From the NCBI GenBank assembly GCA_965198095.1, contig OZ240239.1, positions 1,785,869-1,849,868 on the forward strand: a stretch of DNA of 64,000 nucleotides, read 5' to 3'. Below, piece by piece: positions 56,316-64,000 of this stretch (positions within the stretch are counted from its first letter, which is position 1; the number at the start of each line of letters is the position of its first letter). Made by a program: the position numbers and the translations under genes. The DNA comes from Candidatus Latescibacterota bacterium. GTDB lineage: Bacteria; Latescibacterota; UBA2968; GCA-2709665. The notes under the pieces were generated by a model. It worked only from the letters and a program-made list of their open reading frames with translations. It had not been told where the DNA came from and searched no databases.

Positions 56316-57131
56316 TCAGTATCCGAGCTTGCCGAGATATGCGCGCATGCCCTTGCTTCGTCTGGCATCGCTGCGAGGATCGTCGAGGAAGGGTTCGCCG
56401 GGGCAGCAGGCGATCCATCTGGAGAACCCGACCGCTTCCAGGGTCGCCAGGACGTCGGGAAAGTCTACGTTTTGCGCCTCGCCCACGTCGGCCCAGGTGA
56501 CGATGTAAGTCCCATCCTCTGCACGGGAACTCGACGCGAAATCCTGTAAGTGAACGTAGTCCAACTCGTTCCGGTAGTCGCGGATGGCGTCGGAGGGATC
56601 GTAGCCCCAGAGCTGGGCGTGGGAGACATCGATGCAGAGTCTGGTTTTGTCGACTTGCCGCATGAAGAAAGCCAGGTCTTCTTTGGAATCGATCGGCGTG
56701 TTCGTGTGGATGTGGTAGCAAACATCGAGCGCATATTGAGCCGCGTAGTCGGCCAACGCTTCAGCGCCTTCAGCAACGCGCCTGAGGTCTTCTTCCGTCG
56801 CCTGTCTGCCTTCAGGCTTCAGACCGCTCATGGCCATGAAGCAGTCGACCTCCATCTCCGCCGCATAGTCGATGCGGCGCATGTTGCGTTCCACCCCTTC
56901 CGGGTCTCGCCTTTCCGGGGGTGCGTCTGAGCTGAGCACGGCCAGCGGAAGGCCGACGTTCTTACAGATCCGTCGGAGTCGAGCGGGAGGGCCGAGCTGA
57001 TCCAACGGCAGGCGTCCTTCCCAGCCATCCCACCCTGCCTTTCTGACTTCTTCAAGCGCGGGTTCCAGGTCAGGATCCCGCCACCTGATCGTACAATAGG
57101 CGAACTTGAAGGACACGTTATCCCGACTCAT
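56316..57131 (-). CDS. Sugar phosphate isomerase/epimerase (xylose isomerase-like TIM barrel, AP_endonuc_2 family)
   Basis: FAYCTIRW...AGWDGWEG...YHIHTNTPI...IDVSHAQLWGYDP...YVHLQDF... The typical His/Asp/Glu metal-site spacing is inferred by eye. Confidence 0.65.
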   Translation of the reverse strand: MSRDNVSFKFAYCTIRWRDPDLEPALEEVRKAGWDGWEGRLPLDQLGPPARLRRICKNVGLPLAVLSSDAPPERRDPEGVERNMRRIDYAAEMEVDCFMAMSGLKPEGRQATEEDLRRVAEGAEALADYAAQYALDVCYHIHTNTPIDSKEDLAFFMRQVDKTRLCIDVSHAQLWGYDPSDAIRDYRNELDYVHLQDFASSSRAEDGTYIVTWADVGEAQNVDFPDVLATLEAVGFSRWIACCPGEPFLDDPRSDARRSKGMRAYLGKLGY

Positions 57132-58137
57132 CTTCCGAGTGACAGGGAAGCGCGTTAGAACAGGTATCCAGGTCTGGAACCGAGCCTCGATCCTTCCAGA
57201 ATGCGTGCAGGGTGAAGATCTTGTTCGAACGCTCGCAGGACCATACCCGGCCTTCGATGCTGAAGCGGGGCTGAACGTTCCAGACGGGCAGCGGGCGAAG
57301 CAGGCCCCGAAGTCGGCTTTTGGGTCGACCGTTCACCGAGAGCGCGGCGTGCGCCCTGACCGAGCCGTCTCCTATTTCAAAGTCGTAGTGGCGGAGGTCT
57401 TTCTTGAAGAATGCCCGGTACCAATCCGAAAGCGTCTGTGTCCGAAGCAGGACTTCCGCGAGGCTGACTCGGTCCACCTGAAGCAGGTTTCGATCGTTTT
57501 GGAAACAGAGTTTGATGTGACCCGATTTGAGTTCGTAACTTTCCAGCTCGTAGCCTGATGGGGAAGTGAACTCCAAATCGTAGAGCGCCCACAGCTTCGG
57601 GGCTCCGGGGGAGGTGTCGCGGACGGAGGTGAAGAGCTTCGGCAGGATCTCCCCCAAGTCTTCCTCCGGGCGCCCCATGACCCTCAGGAAGAACATCCGG
57701 TCGCTTCTGGGGCTGTAGCACGCCAGCGTCGTCACCCGAAATTCTGCTTCCCAGCGAAAGGACTCCGCGGCGCCCATGTCTGGCGGGCTGAGTACGGGGG
57801 AGCCCAGGTGACGTTCCACGTTCAGCCCCTTCCCCTGCTTTTGGGCCTTCTTGGCCAGCCCCTCAACGTAGCGATCCACGAGGCGTCCCAACGCGTCATC
57901 CCCTCGTGCCTCACGCCATTCCAGCTCGAGTCTGACGATTTTTCGGTCGTCCAGACGGACGCTCCCAGACTTTCGGTCTCCCACGATCTTGCCTGGATTC
58001 CAGTCCCGAGGAATGTCCAGGCACACACCTTCCCAGCCAAAGGGGGTCCACTCGGAATAGCGCAGTCGTTTCACGGCCCGTCTCCAACACAGCATGCGTT
58101 TGAGGGTTTCGGAACGTTTAAATATATCGACGTTCAT
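57118..58137 (-). CDS. Hypothetical protein (339 aa), apparent internal duplication, family not recognised
   Basis: Clean ORF overlapping the next gene by 14 nt. Two similar halves (FGWEGVCLDIPRDWNPGKIV...SGSVRLDD and LWALYDLEFTSPSGYELESYELKSGHIKLCF). No SD before the ATG. Confidence 0.5.
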   Translation of the reverse strand: MNVDIFKRSETLKRMLCWRRAVKRLRYSEWTPFGWEGVCLDIPRDWNPGKIVGDRKSGSVRLDDRKIVRLELEWREARGDDALGRLVDRYVEGLAKKAQKQGKGLNVERHLGSPVLSPPDMGAAESFRWEAEFRVTTLACYSPRSDRMFFLRVMGRPEEDLGEILPKLFTSVRDTSPGAPKLWALYDLEFTSPSGYELESYELKSGHIKLCFQNDRNLLQVDRVSLAEVLLRTQTLSDWYRAFFKKDLRHYDFEIGDGSVRAHAALSVNGRPKSRLRGLLRPLPVWNVQPRFSIEGRVWSCERSNKIFTLHAFWKDRGSVPDLDTCSNALPCHSEDESG

Positions 58138-58290
58138 CGAACTGTCAAGCCGTTTGTCAAAACAATAACCTTTTTCAGAACAGTTGTTTAAAGAAAAACT
58201 GGCCCAGAAACCCGGACGTCGAAACGAATCGTGGGACAGCCCTCGGTTTAAGGATCTCGCTGCCTTTCAATCGGTTTTGAAAATTCTGGC

Positions 58291-58319
58291 TTGACGGTTG
58301 CACTAATGTGCACTATATT
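58291..58319 (+). promoter_or_regulatory. lexA promoter (TTGACG-17-TATATT) with an embedded palindrome TGCAC-TAAT-GTGCA (58299..58312), candidate LexA operator
   Basis: Hexamers and palindrome read directly from the sequence. The palindrome sits in the spacer between -35 and -10, about 60 nt upstream of the lexA ATG. Confidence 0.6.
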
Positions 58320-58381
58320 CAGATGAGCACTTAATTCGATCACCCTTTGCCGCGGGCAAGCCCATCCCTGGGGATGCAACC

Positions 58382-59011
58382 ATGCGAGGAAAGCTGACGG
58401 CCAGACAGAGCGAAATCTATGAATTCATCGCAGAGTCGATTCGGAATATGGGTTATCCGCCCACGATCCGGGAGATCATGGGGGTCTTTCAGATTGCCTC
58501 CACGAACGGCGTCAGGACGACGTTGGCGGCCCTCGAGAAGAAGGGGTACATCCGCCGGAGGCCGATGCTCTCCCGGGGCATTGAACTCACCGATTACGTG
58601 GAGCGGGAGCTCCCACTATCGACCGAGGTCCGGGAAGTTCCCGTAGTCGGCCGGGTGGCCGCAGGCCAACCGATCTTGGCCCAGGAGAACTTGGACGGGA
58701 GGCTCGTCGTCGACCGTTCGTTTTTGACTTCCGACAAGGTCTTTGCCCTTCACGTGAGAGGGGAGAGCATGCGGAATGCGGGGATTCTGGACGGAGATTA
58801 CGTGCTCGCAAGACAGCAGGAGAATGCGGAGTCGGGAGATATCGTCGTTGCGGTAATCGGTGAAGAGGCGACCGTGAAGCGGTATTATCGAGAAGGGCGC
58901 AGGGTGCGTCTGGTGCCTGAGAACGAAGCGTTCGAGCCGATCGTCGTCGATGCCCACCGGGATGCCTTTCGGATCGCAGGAAAGATCATCGGTCTGATGC
59001 GTCGCTTCTGA
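58382..59011 (+). CDS. lexA: LexA repressor (S24 self-cleaving)
   Basis: LTARQSEIYEFIAESIRNMGYPPTIREI...VVGRVAAGQPILAQE (Ala-Gly cleavage site)...HVRGESMRNAGILDGD (Ser)...ATVKRYY (Lys). Confidence 0.93.
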   Translation: MRGKLTARQSEIYEFIAESIRNMGYPPTIREIMGVFQIASTNGVRTTLAALEKKGYIRRRPMLSRGIELTDYVERELPLSTEVREVPVVGRVAAGQPILAQENLDGRLVVDRSFLTSDKVFALHVRGESMRNAGILDGDYVLARQQENAESGDIVVAVIGEEATVKRYYREGRRVRLVPENEAFEPIVVDAHRDAFRIAGKIIGLMRRF

Positions 59012-59043
59012 GTCGTTCAACCCCTGTCGAAGACGCCAATGGA

Positions 59044-59073
59044 CCCTCCGTCCGGATGGACGGAGGGTTTTTT
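59044..59073 (+). terminator. Rho-independent terminator after lexA
   Basis: CCCTCCGTCC-ggat-GGACGGAGGG followed by TTTTTT. Confidence 0.8.
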
Positions 59074-59091
59074 ACGCCTGCGAGGCCACGC

Positions 59092-60207
59092 TCACCGGAG
59101 CGACTTGCGCAGGAATCGTTTTCCCGGGAGCTGTTCCACGAGGTCCGAGAGCTCAAGGCCGAGGAGGATGCCCAGGGTCTTTTCGACCGTAAGTCCGGCC
59201 TTGGAGGCGATGACATCTACGTGAAGCGGGGCGCTTTCGGCGAGGCAGTCGCGGACGTTTGTCTCCGCATCCGAAAGTGCCACCTCCGGAACGGACGGGC
59301 GGGGCGAGGCGGTCTCGGGTCCGGGGCGAGGCAGTGAAGGCCCGAGCTCCTCCAGGATGTGTTCGACCTGTTCCACCAGGACCGCACCCTGCCTGATGAG
59401 TCGATGTGTCCCAGTGCTTCGGCCGGAGTGGATCGGCCCAGGCACGGCAAAGACCTCTCTGTTCTGTTCCACGGCGTGGCGCGCGGTTATGAGGGCGCCA
59501 CTGCGTCGGCCTGCTTCTACGATGAGGACACCCAGGCTGAGGCCGCTGATGATTCGATTGCGACGCGGAAAGTTGTGGGGTTCCGGACGCGTGCCCAGTG
59601 GAAATTCGGAGACGACGGCGCCGCGCTCGCAAATTTTCTCGAACAGCCTCAGATTTTGCGGAGGATAGGGCATATCGAGACCGCTTCCAAGAACGGCCGC
59701 CGTGTGGCCGCCCACGGCCAAGGCGCCTCGATGGGCCTGCGTGTCGATGCCCTTGGCCAAGCCGCTCACGACCGTCATCCCGCGCATCGCAATTTGGGAG
59801 GCGAAGCGGTGCGCGTTGTCGCGGCCGTAGCTCGTGAAGGAACGCGAACCGACGACCGCCAGGGTCGGCCGATGCAGGAGAGTCATATCTCCTTTGACGA
59901 ACAGGACCGGGGGTGGCGCGTGGGTCTGCTTCAGGAGCGGTGGATATTCGGGGTCGGAAAACGTGAGAATCCGGACCTTTTTGGACGTCGCGATTTCGAT
60001 TTGGAGGGCGGCCCAGTCTTGATCCTTTTGGGCTGCGATGGCGCGGGCGACGCTGTCGGAAATGTTTGCGCGCCCGCACAGCTGGACGCGAGGTGCCTGC
60101 AAGGCCGTTCCCGGCGTGTCAAACTGGCGCAGCAGCTCCAAATAGGCCGCGGGGCCCAGGCCAGGCACGGAAAGCAGGGTCAGCCAATCCTGGAGATCTT
60201 GATTCAT
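59092..60207 (-). CDS. dprA: DNA processing protein DprA (Smf)
   Basis: ...VVGSRSFTSYG...VVSGLAKGIDTQAHRGAL...GSGLDMPYPPQN...NFPRRNRIISGLSLGVLIVEA..RSGALITAR... Confidence 0.9.
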   Translation of the reverse strand: MNQDLQDWLTLLSVPGLGPAAYLELLRQFDTPGTALQAPRVQLCGRANISDSVARAIAAQKDQDWAALQIEIATSKKVRILTFSDPEYPPLLKQTHAPPPVLFVKGDMTLLHRPTLAVVGSRSFTSYGRDNAHRFASQIAMRGMTVVSGLAKGIDTQAHRGALAVGGHTAAVLGSGLDMPYPPQNLRLFEKICERGAVVSEFPLGTRPEPHNFPRRNRIISGLSLGVLIVEAGRRSGALITARHAVEQNREVFAVPGPIHSGRSTGTHRLIRQGAVLVEQVEHILEELGPSLPRPGPETASPRPSVPEVALSDAETNVRDCLAESAPLHVDVIASKAGLTVEKTLGILLGLELSDLVEQLPGKRFLRKSLR

Positions 60208-61734
<1,527 letters not shown>

Positions 61735-61738
<4 letters not shown>

Positions 61739-62127
61739 GGCGCCGAAACCAGAACCAGGTGTCTGAGCTTCGCCACCGTCTTTTTTCCGATGCCCTTCAC
61801 GCCTTCCAGGTCTTCCACGCGTTGAAAGGGCCCGTGACTGTTGCGGTAGTCGACGATCCTGGCCGCGGTTCGGGGTCCGATTCTGGGCAGTCGCTCCAGT
61901 TCTTCAGCCGTTGCCTTGTTCAGGTCGATCCGCTGCGACGTTTCCTCCCGGGGTCCGGATCCGGATTTGGCCGGGTCCGTCGGGACCTGGACCGCACCCT
62001 TTCGGACTTCGAAGTCGGGAAGGCCGTCATCCATATAGTGATTCAGCAGCCGCACCCCGGCGCCCACGAGGAGCGTTCCGGTCAGCAGCAGTATCACGAT
62101 CCGTTCGTTTCGATTGAACGAGAACAT
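61735..62127 (-). CDS. comEA: ComEA-like helix-hairpin-helix DNA-binding protein with an N-terminal membrane anchor
   Basis: TM segment IVILLLTGTLLVGAGV, then IDLNKATAEELERLPRIGPRTAARIVDYRNSHGPFQRVEDLEGVKGIGKKTVAKL. ATG 62127 follows GGGGA. Confidence 0.8.
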
Positions 62128-62146
62128 CAAAATCCCCACGGGCGAA

Positions 62147-64000
62147 TCAGTTGAAACGGATTTCGCCCCAAAGCTTGAACCCCCATTCCTTGTTCGTGGA
62201 AACCCGGAGGCGATCCTCAATGTTCCTATGGTGAAATCTCGTGCCTCCAGTGAAGGTGTTGCTGAATTTGTATTGCGCCGCCAGATGGGCGGACCAGGTG
62301 CTCTGATCCTTCCGCATCACGGGCTCGGCCGGTTCGTCCTCAGACGTCGTCCTGGGTATTTCGGTCACCCGACTCGATCCTCTGGTGTAGTCCAAATCGA
62401 CGTTGATGTTGCCCTTAAGGCTCTCCAGGAACCCGGGCTTCCAGTAGTAAGTGAGCGTGCTCTTGAAATCTGACTGGTCGGTGATCGTCTTGCCGAGCAG
62501 CCGGGTCTGGAGGGGCGGCGCCTCATCTCCGACGTTGCGTTGATACCGCAGGTCGGTCCGCTCACTCTGATCGCCTCTGAAGTTCAAGGTCATCTTGTTC
62601 TTCAACCGGGCCGTCCACTGATAGAGCGGCCTGTAGATCGTGTTCCGGCTGTCGCTCGTGACGGAGAGCGTATCCAGCCCGCCCTCTCCGATTTGGGTAT
62701 GGGTCTTCGCCACGTTGAGCTGAAGACTGGAACTGGCCAGCACGGCACGTAGGAGGGGGAGCCGCTCCAGGCCTCGCCAGTTGGCCGTAAGGCGGGGCAG
62801 GGTGCGGGTCTCCTGTTCGGTATTCACGTTGCCGAAGTTGCGGTTGCGCGTGTAGCTGCCGGACGTCTGGACGCTGAGGCCGCCCGGGAATCTCAACCCC
62901 GTCGAGAACATTGCGTTGTCTTTGAGAGCCCGCCTGTCCACGCGGGTCACCCCGCTTGAACCGAATCGATCGACGGTTGTGGTGTCCGAGAACCCGAACT
63001 GAAACGGGAGGCGGGGCCTCTGCTTCAACCCGAACAGGTTGAACGTGCTGGTTTGTCCGACGGAAGTGGTCAGCGCCTGGAACGAACTGCCAACGCTTCC
63101 CACGACGCGACGGAGCGAGAACCCTTCGGTCCGCTTTCCCTTGAGCCTCCGGAACAGGAGGGGGAGGTTGAAGCTCGTCCGGGCGTTGATGCTCTTGCTG
63201 CCGTTGACGGTCAACCCCTTGCGTCGGCTCCCGCCCGGTACGGTCTGCCCGCCTGTTTCAAGCCGCTCCCGGTAGGTGGCGTTGTACTGGCTGCTGAAGT
63301 TGACCCAGGAGAGCAACCGGGTCGTGTAACCAAAGCCGAATTGCTGAGAACGGTTCGTTTCCCGCCCGAACTGGAGCCGGGTGAGGCCGAACCCGTTTCG
63401 CAGGTCGCGATTCAGTTCGAGGTTGTAGCTGGCATTCAGACTTCTCAAGGGTTTCATCGTGACACGGTAGACTTCGTTCATGCTGAATGTCTCTCGGCGG
63501 GTTTCGGTAAGATCCGAGGTGTCGCCCACGACCGCGGTGAAGGCTCGCTGGTCGTTCAGGTTGCGGCTGACGCGCGCCGTGTATCGGACGTTTTCGGGAA
63601 AGTAGAAGACCTCGGTTTGCCTCACCCGCTTGAACAGGGGCAGCCACTTGAAGATGCGCGCCCCCTTTTGCGTGGGTCTCAGCTCGTAAGCAAAGTTCCC
63701 GTTCAGGTTCTCCGTCTTGCGGATTCTTCTGCGGGTGATCGCGCCGCCCTCGGAGTTGTTCCTGGAGAGGCTCATGGACGCATTGATCCTGTCGAAGAAG
63801 AGAAGCGCGAACAGGCTTGGATTCCTGGGCGCGGGTCGCTTCCTGAGGGTGATGTTGAGCAGGGAGTTGGACTGAACATTGCTCTCGTCACGCTGCTGTT
63901 CCGAGGTGAGGACGACATCGGACCCGGGTCTGATGCGCGGGACCGACGCGGAGCGATTGTAGTTGAACCTCACCGGGATCGTGGCATTCCAGCCGCTCGG
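62147..64000 (-). CDS. C-terminal part of a very large outer-membrane beta-barrel protein (possibly SprA-like), 5' end beyond the window
   Basis: Open to the window edge. Beta-strand-rich, Arg/Asn/Ser/Thr-rich sequence ending ...KEWGFKLWGEIRFN. The stretch TLPRLTANWRGLERLPLL...LQLNVAKTH resembles my recollection of SprA (T9SS translocon), which I cannot verify. Confidence 0.55.
   Translation of the reverse strand, partial: PSGWNATIPVRFNYNRSASVPRIRPGSDVVLTSEQQRDESNVQSNSLLNITLRKRPAPRNPSLFALLFFDRINASMSLSRNNSEGGAITRRRIRKTENLNGNFAYELRPTQKGARIFKWLPLFKRVRQTEVFYFPENVRYTARVSRNLNDQRAFTAVVGDTSDLTETRRETFSMNEVYRVTMKPLRSLNASYNLELNRDLRNGFGLTRLQFGRETNRSQQFGFGYTTRLLSWVNFSSQYNATYRERLETGGQTVPGGSRRKGLTVNGSKSINARTSFNLPLLFRRLKGKRTEGFSLRRVVGSVGSSFQALTTSVGQTSTFNLFGLKQRPRLPFQFGFSDTTTVDRFGSSGVTRVDRRALKDNAMFSTGLRFPGGLSVQTSGSYTRNRNFGNVNTEQETRTLPRLTANWRGLERLPLLRAVLASSSLQLNVAKTHTQIGEGGLDTLSVTSDSRNTIYRPLYQWTARLKNKMTLNFRGDQSERTDLRYQRNVGDEAPPLQTRLLGKTITDQSDFKSTLTYYWKPGFLESLKGNINVDLDYTRGSSRVTEIPRTTSEDEPAEPVMRKDQSTWSAHLAAQYKFSNTFTGGTRFHHRNIEDRLRVSTNKEWGFKLWGEIRFN

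Overview
GC-rich bacterial chromosomal segment, mostly housekeeping operons on both strands, with no transposase, integrase, CRISPR array, rRNA or tRNA that I can see. Recognisable blocks are listed below.
- 8824-13048: rplM-rpsI-rpsB-tsf-frr, then dapL.
- 37328-44916 (minus): a SUF Fe-S assembly string, sufB-C-D-S-U-sufT-rrf2-(nuoB-like)-nfuA.
- 45287-55803: an 11-gene nuo operon (nuoA-D, H-N) with no nuoEFG.
- 58382-62127: lexA, then dprA, obg, coaD and comEA.
- Scattered: dapA, guaA, gdh, an M20 peptidase, several GNATs and a BrnT/BrnA toxin-antitoxin pair.

The lexA promoter carries TGCAC-N4-GTGCA, which I recall as the Fibrobacter-type LexA box. Together with an SprA-like outer-membrane fragment at the right edge, this hints at an FCB-superphylum-like uncultivated lineage (inference only).

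The most interesting item is a B12-binding-like radical SAM gene (35887-37215, minus). Its called stop is an in-frame TGA followed by AEP, giving a C-U-A-E-P tail. That makes it a candidate selenoprotein of unknown function, with a SECIS-like hairpin, an N-terminus lacking a canonical start codon, and a 112-aa orphan partner.

Other items worth a second look:
- An NHL-propeller / 1053-aa predicted beta-barrel / TamA-sized Omp85 cluster.
- An orphan NuoB paralogue inside the suf string.
- A PqqD-like / TIM-barrel / orphan operon divergent from lexA.
- A permuted flavoprotein fused to a polyferredoxin membrane domain.
- A promoter / 10-codon ORF / terminator unit upstream of rplM.
- An 830-bp non-coding island between convergent genes.
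- A repeat-rich guaA leader.
- Two homopolymer frameshifts.

All functional calls come from reading motifs in the translations. No database search was possible.
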